This document shows, piece by piece, positions 11,469 to 20,436 of a stretch of DNA of 64,000 bases. Every line of letters starts with the position of its first letter. The first letter of the stretch is position 1. The DNA is taken from the NCBI GenBank assembly GCA_963723785.1, contig CAVRSB010000004.1, forward strand, positions 31,662-95,661, read 5' to 3'. The notes below the pieces were generated by a model. It was not told the DNA's origin, searched no databases, and saw only the letters and a program-made list of their open reading frames with translations. Source of the stretch: an uncultured Actinomycetes bacterium. Lineage in GTDB: Bacteria; Actinomycetota; Thermoleophilia; Gaiellales; JAICJC01. The position numbers and the translations under genes were made by a program.

Positions 11469-12424
11469 GCCAGATCGCTGCAGGAGTGCACCGGCTCGAG
11501 GCGCCTCTCGGCGAGCAGTACGTATGCATCTTCGTGGTGGTGGGCGAGACGTCCGCACTGGTCGTGGACACCGGTGTTGCGAACTCACCCGAGGCGACCG
11601 TCGGCATGCTGGCGCCGGATCTGGGGGTCGAGATCTCACACGTGGTCGTCTCGCATGCCGACGTCGATCATTGCGGCGGGATCACGGCCATGCGAGCGAT
11701 CGCTCCGGCCGCACAGGTGCTGTGCTCCCAGGCCGATCGGCCATGGATCGACTCGGTCGACGCGCTGATCGACCACCGCTACCGGGAGTTCCGACACGAG
11801 TACGACATCGACGAGGACGAGGAGTTTTGCTCGTGGGTGCGCCAAAACGACGACGGAGGCCGCGTCGATCACGCGGTCACGCCGCCCGAGACGGTTGATC
11901 TGGGTGGACGCGCGGTCGAGCTCTTGCACACCCCGGGACACACTCGCGGACACCTGACCGTCTTCGACCCAGCGACCCGCACGGCGATCGTGGCCGACGC
12001 GGTGCTCGGAGCGGCGACCCCAGATGCCGCGGGAAACGCCGTCTACGCACCGACCTACCGATACGTGAGCGACTACCGAGCGACGGTCGCCACGCTGCGC
12101 GACCTGGCACCGCACTTCCTGCTCGGGTCGCATTTTCCGGTGGCCGAGGGAGGATCCCAGGTGAGCGCGTTCCTCGACACCACCGAGTCGTTCGTGGACG
12201 CCCTCGAGGCAGCGGCGGTAGCCGCCCTGGAGTCCTCTGCGCCGCTCACCGTGCGTGAGCTGATCGACCTGGCGGCCCCCAGCGTGAGATCCTGGCCGAG
12301 CGCCATGGACATCACACTTGCCGGGCCGGTGGTCGGCCACCTCGAAGACCTTCAAGCCCGCGGCCGGGTGCAGCGCCTCCCCGGGGTCCCCGCGACCTTC
12401 GTACGGGTGGCCGGCGATGGCTGA
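11465..12424 (+). CDS. MBL-fold metallo-hydrolase
   Basis: ORF 11390..12424 trimmed to ATG 11465 (MSQIAAGVHRLE). HADVDHCGG and HTPGHTRGH metal-binding motifs. Confidence 0.8.
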   Translation: MSQIAAGVHRLEAPLGEQYVCIFVVVGETSALVVDTGVANSPEATVGMLAPDLGVEISHVVVSHADVDHCGGITAMRAIAPAAQVLCSQADRPWIDSVDALIDHRYREFRHEYDIDEDEEFCSWVRQNDDGGRVDHAVTPPETVDLGGRAVELLHTPGHTRGHLTVFDPATRTAIVADAVLGAATPDAAGNAVYAPTYRYVSDYRATVATLRDLAPHFLLGSHFPVAEGGSQVSAFLDTTESFVDALEAAAVAALESSAPLTVRELIDLAAPSVRSWPSAMDITLAGPVVGHLEDLQARGRVQRLPGVPATFVRVAGDG

Positions 12425-13427
12425 GGCGACTGTCCAAACCGCACTTTTGGCTGGAACCCACCACGCGGTCGTGCTAGAGAACGACCGCATCCAGGTAACG
12501 ATGCTCCCCGGCCTCGGTGGGGACATCTACTCGGTGCAGGACGTCCGCACCGGAGTCGACGTGCTGTGGAAGACGCCCTGGGGGCTTCAGCCGGACGGCC
12601 CGACCAACGCCGGCGACTCGATCACGGCGTGGGTCAACCGGTATTCCGGTGGCTGGCAGGTGCTGCTTCCCTCCGGTGGCGGGCCGTCGGAGCACGGCGG
12701 CATCACCCACCCGTATCACGGCGAGGCGTGCATGCGCGGCTGGTCGTGGCGGGAGGCGCGCACCGCAGGCGGTGATGCCTGCGTGGCGTTGGACGTGCGG
12801 CTGATCGACACGCCGTTTCGGATCGAGCGAGAGGTGCGGCTGTCGACCGACGGCGCCGGTGTGGTGGTGGATGAACGGATCACCAACGAGGGTGCTTCGC
12901 CCGTTGACTACATGTGGTGTCACCACCCGTCGTTCGGTGCGCCGCTGATCGAGCCGGGGGTGCGCATCATCACCTCGGCCACGTCGCTGGAGGCCGACCC
13001 CGAGATCGACGCGGAATGGAACCCGTTGGTGTTGGGCAGCAGCCATCGCTGGCCGGTGGTGACCGGCCGCGACGGTGCCGACCTTGACCTCTCGGTTTTG
13101 CCGCCGACCGATCACCGGCGCAGTCTGGTCGGCTACCTGTCGAGGTTCACAGCCGGGGAGGCCACCGTCGAGAATCCGCGGCTGGGCCTGGCCTGCACGC
13201 TCAGCTGGCCGTTGGAGGTGTTCCCCTATGCGTGGGTGTGGCAGGAGTTCCGAGGGGAGGCGGGCTGGCCCTGGTACGGCCGCGCATACGTGATCGCGAT
13301 CGAGCCCTGCACCAGCTACCCGGGAGCCGGGCTGGGAGGCGTGATCGCAACCACCAAGACGCACCGGACGCTGGCACCGGGGGAGAGTGCACACGTCGAG
13401 GTGCGCATGACGCTGAACCGTATCTAG
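12417..13427 (+). CDS. aldose 1-epimerase-like (DUF4432-type) protein
   Basis: ORF 12318..13427 trimmed to ATG 12417 (ATGGCTGA overlap with the MBL stop). High GC3. Family call by overall resemblance only. Confidence 0.5.
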   Translation: MAEATVQTALLAGTHHAVVLENDRIQVTMLPGLGGDIYSVQDVRTGVDVLWKTPWGLQPDGPTNAGDSITAWVNRYSGGWQVLLPSGGGPSEHGGITHPYHGEACMRGWSWREARTAGGDACVALDVRLIDTPFRIEREVRLSTDGAGVVVDERITNEGASPVDYMWCHHPSFGAPLIEPGVRIITSATSLEADPEIDAEWNPLVLGSSHRWPVVTGRDGADLDLSVLPPTDHRRSLVGYLSRFTAGEATVENPRLGLACTLSWPLEVFPYAWVWQEFRGEAGWPWYGRAYVIAIEPCTSYPGAGLGGVIATTKTHRTLAPGESAHVEVRMTLNRI

Positions 13428-14164
13428 TCGATCCGCACGCCGCCGTTGACGTCATAGGTCGCGCCCGTTGTGAACGACGAGTCCGGCATCGCCAGCAGCA
13501 CGATGGCGGGAGCGACCTCCTCGGGACGGCCAAAGCGGCCCATCGGGGCACCCGTGGCCATCCGCTCGCGAGCGTCGGGGTGGAGCTGATCGGTGATCGA
13601 CGTATCGATCGGGCCCGGAGTGACCGCATTCACCCGGATGCCCTCGCCGGCCAGGCGGCGGGCGTCGGAGCGGGTGATCGCCAGGATCGCGCCCTTGCTG
13701 GCCGCGTAGTGAACGCTGGTGGTGTATCCGCCGGTCTGCCCCGCGATCGACGAGATGTTGACCACCGACCGGTCTCCGGCTGCAGCCCGAAGCAGCGGCA
13801 GCGCCGCCCGGGTCATCAAGAACGTTCCCCGGGCGTTCGTCTCCAGCACGGCATCCCACTCGTCGACGGTGATGTCGTCCGGCGGCGTGTAGGGACAGAT
13901 GCCGGCGTTGTCGATCAGAATCGAGAGCTCGCCCCAGGCATCGGCCACCTCTGCCACCAGCCCGTCGATCGACGCCGGATCGCGCACGTCGAGCTGCGAC
14001 ATACGAGCCTCCACGCCCCGCTCCCGGCACGCACTCACGACCTGCTCGGCGAGTTCCCTGCGCCCGCCGTAGGTGATCCAGACATCCACCCCTCGCTGGG
14101 CCAGCAGATCGGCTGTGGCGGATCCGATTCCCGAATTTCCGCCTGTTACGAGGGCGCGCGGCAC
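13424..14164 (-). CDS. SDR family oxidoreductase (FabG-like)
   Basis: ORF 13424..14164. TGGNSGIG, NAG, YAASKGA motifs. Confidence 0.9.
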   Translation of the reverse strand: MPRALVTGGNSGIGSATADLLAQRGVDVWITYGGRRELAEQVVSACRERGVEARMSQLDVRDPASIDGLVAEVADAWGELSILIDNAGICPYTPPDDITVDEWDAVLETNARGTFLMTRAALPLLRAAAGDRSVVNISSIAGQTGGYTTSVHYAASKGAILAITRSDARRLAGEGIRVNAVTPGPIDTSITDQLHPDARERMATGAPMGRFGRPEEVAPAIVLLAMPDSSFTTGATYDVNGGVRID

Positions 14165-14189
14165 GACCCGTACGACTATAACGCCGCTT

Positions 14190-16127
14190 CTAGATTGGGA
14201 ACGGAGCTGCCGTCTGGGCGCCGTTCAGGCGCGGCAGGCTCCAGGCGTCCTCCAGCCCTGCGAGCAATCCCGGATGGGTATAGAGGTGAGAATCCGTGGC
14301 GCCGGCGGCGAAGGAGCCGCCCACTCCGATGGTGGCGATGTGCTCATCGCTTTTGCTTCCCTCGTCCCAGGTGAGGATCACTTCGGCGCCGGCATTGAGC
14401 ATGGCGGGCATGTGCGCGGCCAGCCAGGCGTCACCGGCCTGGATCTGGGCGGTGCGACTGGCGCCGTCGTGCATGTCGTTGGCCAGATTGGGGACGACGT
14501 AGGAGAACGCGCGCAGGTTCGAGGCCGAGAACGAGGTGAACGGCAGCACGTTGGCACACGCGGTCGGGCTGGACGTGATGTCGTTGTAGTAGACGGCGGG
14601 GTTGTGGGCCTTCTTGTAGGAGCCGGTGTCCCCGCCGGTGTAGCAGGTGCTGGGCATCGACTCCACGTACTCACCCCAGCTGACGCCCTTGACCTGAAGC
14701 TGGTGGAAGATGTTGTCCGAGCCGCTGGTCGAGCCGTTCAGCCCGCTGGTGTTGAGCAGATAGTCGGGCAGGCTCCCCGGCTGGGCCTGATAGTTCGTGA
14801 AGTTCGTTCCCTTGGCGAGCAGCGTCTGAATGTAGGGGGCGGCGGAGTTGCCGACGATGTCCGCGTAGTGCTTGTTCTCCATCATGATCACGATGATCGG
14901 ATGGGACGGCCCGCCCCCGCTCCCGCCGCTCTGTGGAGTGGTGACCTGGGCGGGGGCCGACTGGGTCGATGTGTTCGGCACCGCGTCGAACGCATCGACG
15001 GTGTAGGAGTAGGTGGTGTTGGGCTGAACACTGGTGTCCGTCCACGACGTCGCCCCACCGGTCACTTTCTGAATCGCCGTGGTCGAGCCGTCTCGATAGA
15101 CGTCGTACCCGACCGTGCCGACCGCGTCGAAACTGGCGGCCCACGACACCGTCACCGAGGTCGGGCTGTTGGCCACGGCCTTTACGCCCGTGGGCATATC
15201 GGGCGGGGTTGTATCAAGCGCCGGCGAGGGCGTGGTCACTGGAACGGACGGCTGCGACTGCAATGAGGTGTTGGGCACCGCATCGAAGGCATCGACGGTG
15301 TACGTGTAGGTGCTGTTCGGCAGCACGGTGGTGTCAGTCCATGACGTCGCTCCACCGGTCACGGTCTTGATCGACGTGCTCGAACCGTTTCGATAAACGT
15401 GGTAGCCCACAGTCCCGACGGCGTCGAAGCTCGCCGCCCACGACACCGTCACCGAGGTGGCGCTATTGGCCACAGCAGTCACTCCTGTGGGCACGTCGGG
15501 CGCCGTCTGATCCGGCGGCGCGGCCGCACCTGCGGCAAGCACGAGGTTGTCGAACGAATACTTTGCGCCGGTGATCGCCGGCTTCTCCAGGACGTTGACC
15601 GTCAGGGAATCGCCCCCGGTCTTGACCGAATACGTCACCGTCGGGAAGTTCTGCCACGCCGAAGTCACGGTCGTGCACGCTTGGGCGCTTCCCACCGACG
15701 TCTGCGTGCCCGCCGTGAGCTCCTTCAGCACCAGACACACGCTCTGGCCGGAGGTCGCGCTCTGCACCTGTCCATCCAAATGATACGCGGTGCCGGCCAC
15801 GGCATTGGTGACCGGCTTGGAGGTCGTGTAGGCGTAGGTCTGGGTTGCGCCGGCATTGGCGGTCAGCTGTGCGGCGTGACCACCACCGTTTCCCGCCACC
15901 ACGCTGAGCGTGCCGTTGCTTCCGCCCCACCCGCTGGTGGATCCCGCACCGGAGCCCTCGAAGGTTCCGTTGGAGATCGCGTTGGTCGCCGCTACGGCAA
16001 TCGACGCGGTGATCGCGCCGGTTGCGGAGGTAACTCCCAGAGCAACGACGAGTACAGACGAGAGCCTGCGAGCGTTTGTGGCTATACGCACACCTGCACT
16101 ACAGCAGTGCGCAGTGGAATATGTCAA
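14190..16127 (-). CDS. secreted multidomain phosphoesterase: signal peptide, CBM_4_9-like domain, 2x fibronectin type III, PF04185-like phosphoesterase domain
   Basis: ORF 14190..16127 (TTG); GTG 16091 is an alternative start. NGTFEGSG...W CBM-like N-domain, two diverged FN3 modules (APDVPTGVTAVANS..., PPDMPTGVKAVANS...), C-terminal IIVIMMENKHY...PGSLPDYL...HNPAVYY. Confidence 0.8.
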   Translation of the reverse strand: MTYSTAHCCSAGVRIATNARRLSSVLVVALGVTSATGAITASIAVAATNAISNGTFEGSGAGSTSGWGGSNGTLSVVAGNGGGHAAQLTANAGATQTYAYTTSKPVTNAVAGTAYHLDGQVQSATSGQSVCLVLKELTAGTQTSVGSAQACTTVTSAWQNFPTVTYSVKTGGDSLTVNVLEKPAITGAKYSFDNLVLAAGAAAPPDQTAPDVPTGVTAVANSATSVTVSWAASFDAVGTVGYHVYRNGSSTSIKTVTGGATSWTDTTVLPNSTYTYTVDAFDAVPNTSLQSQPSVPVTTPSPALDTTPPDMPTGVKAVANSPTSVTVSWAASFDAVGTVGYDVYRDGSTTAIQKVTGGATSWTDTSVQPNTTYSYTVDAFDAVPNTSTQSAPAQVTTPQSGGSGGGPSHPIIVIMMENKHYADIVGNSAAPYIQTLLAKGTNFTNYQAQPGSLPDYLLNTSGLNGSTSGSDNIFHQLQVKGVSWGEYVESMPSTCYTGGDTGSYKKAHNPAVYYNDITSSPTACANVLPFTSFSASNLRAFSYVVPNLANDMHDGASRTAQIQAGDAWLAAHMPAMLNAGAEVILTWDEGSKSDEHIATIGVGGSFAAGATDSHLYTHPGLLAGLEDAWSLPRLNGAQTAAPFPI

Positions 16128-16138
16128 GTACGTGAGTT

Positions 16139-16160
16139 AACTCTCAGAGTTTTCTCATAA
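16139..16160 (+). promoter_or_regulatory. phased TCTCA direct repeat (candidate response-regulator box) upstream of phosphoesterase 14190..16127
   Basis: AACTCTCAGAGTTTTCTCATAA: TCTCA at 16142 and 16153 (11-bp spacing). The first unit lies within the 13-bp palindrome AACTCTCAGAGTT. Confidence 0.4.
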
Positions 16161-16265
16161 AACGTTAGCTAAATTGATCGTCTCGGGCGGCCACCTGCTC
16201 AGAGCCGAAAAGGTGGCCGCTCGGCCAATTGTTACGGAATGATGTAACCGCGCCGAGCCGCTCGA

Positions 16266-16286
16266 GACTTCACAGTTTTCTCACGA
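16266..16286 (+). promoter_or_regulatory. phased (C/T)TTCA / TCTCA repeat, distal site
   Basis: GACTTCACAGTTTTCTCACGA: CTTCA at 16268 and TCTCA at 16279 (11-bp spacing). Confidence 0.3.
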
Positions 16287-16319
16287 CCGGCATGGAACAA
16301 TCACCGCCCGGCGCCGTAC

Positions 16320-16622
16320 CTACCCCCGCGTAGCAACAGCGACCGTGGACACACCGGTCGGGTGGTCGAGGTCCTTCCCAAAGCACACCAAGGCCACCCG
16401 ACCGCGCGTCGTCACAGCCGTTTGGCTCTCGCGACTCTCCCGCCAGATCGACATCGCCAACAGGCTCACCACCGCGGGCGGCAGAATCCAGTACCCCGCC
16501 ACGCCCGCGTGTTCCAGCACTGCCGTGGCGGCGATAGCCACGAGTACACCAGCCGCCACGGCGGCGTCGTCTCCGACCACGAACCGGTAGACGAACCTGG
16601 CGAACCCAACCACTCCCCTCAT
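16320..16622 (-). CDS. small membrane protein (hypothetical)
   Basis: Tail of ORF 16320..17003 from ATG 16622 (MRGVVGFARFVYRFVVGDD...). ATGA overlap with the upstream stop at 16619. Two predicted TM helices. Confidence 0.6.
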   Translation of the reverse strand: MRGVVGFARFVYRFVVGDDAAVAAGVLVAIAATAVLEHAGVAGYWILPPAVVSLLAMSIWRESRESQTAVTTRGRVALVCFGKDLDHPTGVSTVAVATRG

Positions 16623-17377
16623 CGCTGCACCGCTCCGACGACGTGTCCGGCGCGCGCGGACAGCGCCCGCACCATCAGCCACGCGCTGACGGCGTAGAGC
16701 ACCAGCAGCACGACCAGGAACACATCTCCGCCCGGCCAGTCCCCGCCGGCGCCCTCGGCCGCCCAGAACGACCCATAGGTCACCAGCATCAACCCGACTG
16801 AGAACTTCATCGTGTTCTCGGGGACGCGCGCGAGCGGCACGCGTGCCCACAGCCCCGCTGCGACCACCGCCAGCACCGCCGCGATCGCTCCCGCAGCGGC
16901 CAGGGCCACGCTCCCGCCGTTGCTGCCGAACGTGACCACGATGAAGGCGACCTCGAGCCCCTCCAACAGCACCCCTTTGAAGGCGATGGTGAAGGCATAC
17001 CAATCCACCTCAGCGCGCTCATCAGCCGCAACCGTCCGGGCCGCCTCGACCTCGCGCTGATAGATCGCTCGCTCGTCGTGCAACTCGCGGTAGCCGCCGG
17101 CTCTCAGAATCGCCTTTCGCAGCCACTGGAGGCCAAACACGAGCAAGAGCCCGCCCACAACCAGACGCAGCGCGTCGATCGGAATCGCGGTCAACGCCGG
17201 GCCCAGCACGGCAACCACCGCCGCCAGCGCAACGCTCGCCGCCAGCACCCCTGCCATCGCCGACCGCCAGCCGCGCGTCAGGCCGACGGCGAGCACGATT
17301 GTGAGCGCCTCGACTGCCTCCACCCCGCTCGCCAAGAACGACACCAGCACGAGTACCGCCGGGGCCATCGGACTCAC
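16619..17377 (-). CDS. integral membrane protein (COG4280-like)
   Basis: ORF 16619..17377, 252 aa, about 6 TM helices. Start overlaps the PAP2 gene stop. Confidence 0.7.
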   Translation of the reverse strand: MSPMAPAVLVLVSFLASGVEAVEALTIVLAVGLTRGWRSAMAGVLAASVALAAVVAVLGPALTAIPIDALRLVVGGLLLVFGLQWLRKAILRAGGYRELHDERAIYQREVEAARTVAADERAEVDWYAFTIAFKGVLLEGLEVAFIVVTFGSNGGSVALAAAGAIAAVLAVVAAGLWARVPLARVPENTMKFSVGLMLVTYGSFWAAEGAGGDWPGGDVFLVVLLVLYAVSAWLMVRALSARAGHVVGAVQR

Positions 17378-18165
17378 CCCGCCGTCGGTATCCGCCAGAA
17401 CCGGTGCGAGCTGACCTTGACGGCTACGACCGCAACCACGATCCAGGTGGCCACGACCGTTAATTCCATCTCGTCCAGCAGGTGCGCCCGCTCAGCCGAG
17501 ACAATCCGGGCGAGCACCACGGCGCAGACCACGCCGACAACCGCACCGCGAAATCTGGGGCTCATGATCGTGATGCGCACCGGGCGCAGGAGTGACCCCC
17601 TAGCCAGCAGCGGGTCGGTGGCGCGGCTACAGGCGTTGATCACCGGCACCAGCACGCGCTCCATCGCGATTCGCGCGGCGAAGTAGCCGCTCGCGACCGA
17701 CACAACCAGGCTGCCGAGCACGTCGGTGGGGTAGTGCATTCCCGCCATCACCCGAGACGCTGAAACCACGGCGGCGAACACGAGCAGCAACCAACCGGCG
17801 CGACGCGACACGAAGTACACGCCGAAGGCGATCGACAGCGCGGCGGTCGCGTGATCGCTCGGAAAGGACGCGTCGATGGAGCGTGGCAGCAACGGGACGA
17901 TGCTTGGGTGGACCTCGTACGGCCGCGCGCGGTCCCATAGGTGCGAGATCACCTGGTTTGCGAGCAGCCCCAGCGCGGCGGCCGAAAGCCCGGCTGCGCA
18001 CGCCCGCTTCCAGGTGGTGTCGCCCGGAGGGGAGAGCAGCCACAGGCCGACCGCAAGGATGCCGAACAACGGGACGCCCCACGTCGAAAACTCCACAACG
18101 ACGCCGGCCAGCAGCGGGTGTGCATGCATCAGCCGGTTGACCCACTCCACAAACGTCGTTTCCAT
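17374..18165 (-). CDS. PAP2 superfamily phosphatase (membrane)
   Basis: ORF 17374..18165. SFPSDH and GMHYPTDV acid-phosphatase motifs, multi-TM. Confidence 0.85.
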   Translation of the reverse strand: METTFVEWVNRLMHAHPLLAGVVVEFSTWGVPLFGILAVGLWLLSPPGDTTWKRACAAGLSAAALGLLANQVISHLWDRARPYEVHPSIVPLLPRSIDASFPSDHATAALSIAFGVYFVSRRAGWLLLVFAAVVSASRVMAGMHYPTDVLGSLVVSVASGYFAARIAMERVLVPVINACSRATDPLLARGSLLRPVRITIMSPRFRGAVVGVVCAVVLARIVSAERAHLLDEMELTVVATWIVVAVVAVKVSSHRFWRIPTAG

Positions 18166-18262
18166 ATCACTCCCTGCTCGCGTTCACCGTCCATTTACAG
18201 CATACGAGCGATGTACAAACCGCGAGACAGTTACCTCTGCTCGTACTATTCAAGCGACCTAA

Positions 18263-18292
18263 CCTCTCACGAATCTCTCATACGTTCTCACG
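18263..18292 (+). promoter_or_regulatory. three phased TCTCA repeats in the divergent PAP2 / response-regulator intergenic region
   Basis: CCTCTCACGAATCTCTCATACGTTCTCACG: TCTCA at 18265, 18276 and 18286 (spacings 11 and 10 bp). Confidence 0.45.
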
Positions 18293-18372
18293 AGTGGCGT
18301 TTCGATACGCGACCTGCGAGCGGATATTGGCGGTATGGTTGTGGCTGGTGACGACCCCGTGAAGATCACTCC

Positions 18373-19035
18373 GTGATGCGGCCCCGAGTACTCCTCGTCG
18401 ACGACGACTCCGCCATCCTGCGCATGCTGGTGCGGACATTGGAAGCTGAGGGCTACGAGACCGATGCAGCCTCGGACGGGGCCACGGCGCTGGTGCGGGC
18501 GGAAGCCTCGGTGCCCGACGTGATCGTGCTCGATGTGGCCATGCCCGGTATGGATGGACTGGCGGTGTCACGGCGACTCCGGGAGAAGGGGCAGCGGGTG
18601 CCGATTCTGTTCCTGACCGCGCGGGATGCGGTCTCCGACCGGGTTGCCGGCCTGGACGCGGGGGGCGACGACTATCTGGTCAAGCCGTTTGCGACCGACG
18701 AGCTGGAGGCACGCCTGCGCGCTCTGCTCCGGCGCGGTCGTACCCGCAATCGGATCTCGTACGGCGATCTGACGGTCGACGCGGACGCCCGCACCGCCTC
18801 GCGGGCCGGGCGAGAGGTGAGGCTGACAGGCCGCGAGGCCGCCCTCCTGACGCTGCTGGTAAACCGGGCGGGCGAGGTGGTCAGCCGCGAGCAGGCGCTG
18901 GCGGCGGTCTGGGGCGAGGGACGGATGCCGACGGCAAACACGGTCGACCGCTACGTCGCCTATCTCCGCCAGAAGCTCGGTGATCCGCCGCTGATCCACA
19001 CGGTCAGAGGCGTCGGTTTCCAGCTCCGGCAATGA
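18373..19035 (+). CDS. OmpR/PhoB family response regulator
   Basis: ORF 18373..19035. Receiver domain (LLVDDD, VLDVAMPGMDG) plus a winged-helix output domain (TVDRYVAYLRQKL...IHTVRGVGF). Confidence 0.9.
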   Translation: MMRPRVLLVDDDSAILRMLVRTLEAEGYETDAASDGATALVRAEASVPDVIVLDVAMPGMDGLAVSRRLREKGQRVPILFLTARDAVSDRVAGLDAGGDDYLVKPFATDELEARLRALLRRGRTRNRISYGDLTVDADARTASRAGREVRLTGREAALLTLLVNRAGEVVSREQALAAVWGEGRMPTANTVDRYVAYLRQKLGDPPLIHTVRGVGFQLRQ

Positions 19036-20372
19036 GGCGCTGGAAGCTCCGCACCCGTATCGCGCTGGCATCGGCGCTGGCGATGCTGGTCGGGGTTGCG
19101 CTGATGGAGATCGGCGTCCAGGCACTGCTGGCCCGCGAGCTGCACCAGCAGCTCGACCACACGCTGCAGCAGAGAGCAGCCGACATCGACGAGATCGCGG
19201 AGTCGTACCCGGGGACAATCCCGCCGGCACGCGCCCTGGAGTCGGACCCGGTCGCGATCGGGACGACGGTCGAGGTAGTCAACGAGCAAGGCCGTGTGGT
19301 TCAACCCAAACCCAAGGACAAGCAGGGCCAGGTCCCCATCACTCCGGTTGTGAACGAAGTAATCAAGAGCGGGAAGTCTCGTTTCGTCACGACCACCATC
19401 CAGGGCCGCGAGCTGCGGGTGTTCATGCAGCCCCTGGAGCCCAGCGGCGCGGTGTTGGTCGCGTCGTCGACGGATGCGATCGAGGACGGCCTCTCCCAGG
19501 CCCGCTGGCTGACCCTTGTGGCCGGGATCGTCGCCGCCGGCGTGGCGGCCGGGGTGTGCCTGCTGGTGGCCAGCCGTGCGCTTCGGCCATTGACCGACCT
19601 CAACGCCCAGGTGATGGAGGTGCAGCGCACCGCCGATCCCAGCCGGCGGGTGGTGACCGAGCCCACCGGTGACGAGCTGGAGCAGCTGGGCACAGCGCTG
19701 AACGCGATGCTTGAGGCGCTGCAACGGGCCCGGGAGGTGGAGCGGCGGTTCCTGGCCGACGCCTCGCACGAGATGCGCACCCCGCTGACCGCGCTGCGGG
19801 GGAACGCCGCGTACCTGGCCCGGCACGGTGCCGACGCCGAGGCCGAGGCGTTTCTGGATCTCGAGAACGACATGGCCCGGCTGGCGCAGCTGCTCGACCG
19901 TCTGCTCGCTGTGGCCCGCGAGGATGCGGCCGCGCAGCCGACCCAGCCGGTGGCGGTGGACGACATCCTCGACCGGTTCAGAACCGACCCGCGGCTGCGC
20001 GTCACCCTCGATCCCGAGCTCTACGTCCGCGCCGACGCCGATGCGATCGAGCGTGCCCTCACCAACCTGATCGAGAACGCCAAGCTGTACGGGCCCGACG
20101 GCGGGTTGATCACCGTCAGCGCGGCGCTCGACCAGGGCGAGGTGGTACTGACCGTCACCGATACCGGGATGGGCATCCCCGGCGCCACCTTCGACGAGGC
20201 CACCACACGGTTCTGGCGCGGCTCCAACAGCGCCGGGCTAGAGGGTGCCGGGCTGGGGCTGGGACTGGTACGATCGACTGCCGAGCGACACGGCGGATCG
20301 CTCACAATCGACGACGCGAGCTTCTCCATTCGGCTGCCGGCGCTACTCGAAGTTCCTCAACCGCGCACGTAG
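19032..20372 (+). CDS. sensor histidine kinase (2 TM, HAMP, HisKA, HATPase_c)
   Basis: ORF 19032..20372, 4-nt overlap with the regulator gene. H-box SHEMRTPLT, N-box LIENAKLYG, DTGMGIP, GLGLGL. Confidence 0.9.
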   Translation: MRRWKLRTRIALASALAMLVGVALMEIGVQALLARELHQQLDHTLQQRAADIDEIAESYPGTIPPARALESDPVAIGTTVEVVNEQGRVVQPKPKDKQGQVPITPVVNEVIKSGKSRFVTTTIQGRELRVFMQPLEPSGAVLVASSTDAIEDGLSQARWLTLVAGIVAAGVAAGVCLLVASRALRPLTDLNAQVMEVQRTADPSRRVVTEPTGDELEQLGTALNAMLEALQRAREVERRFLADASHEMRTPLTALRGNAAYLARHGADAEAEAFLDLENDMARLAQLLDRLLAVAREDAAAQPTQPVAVDDILDRFRTDPRLRVTLDPELYVRADADAIERALTNLIENAKLYGPDGGLITVSAALDQGEVVLTVTDTGMGIPGATFDEATTRFWRGSNSAGLEGAGLGLGLVRSTAERHGGSLTIDDASFSIRLPALLEVPQPRT

Positions 20373-20380
20373 CTCTGGAA

Positions 20381-20403
20381 AACTCTCAGAGAACTCTCAG
20401 AAA
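20381..20403 (+). promoter_or_regulatory. phased AACTCTCAGA(G/A)A direct repeat upstream of phosphoesterase 20437..22494
   Basis: AACTCTCAGAGAACTCTCAGAAA: CTCTCA at 20383 and 20394 (11 bp). A -10-like TGTAAT/TAATGT at 20410-20417 follows about 11 bp later, the geometry of PhoB-type activation. Confidence 0.45.
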
Positions 20404-20436
20404 CTGCGCTGTAATGTAGTTGCGGGGAGGGCTCCA

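Noticed and set aside
16187-16220. 9-bp-stem hairpin GCGGCCACC...GGTGGCCGC as an intrinsic terminator of the 16320 operon.
   Set aside because: It has a 16-nt loop, no adjacent U tract on either strand, and lies 100 nt from the stop codon. This is too weak to call, though it may still matter for the phosphoesterase promoter region.
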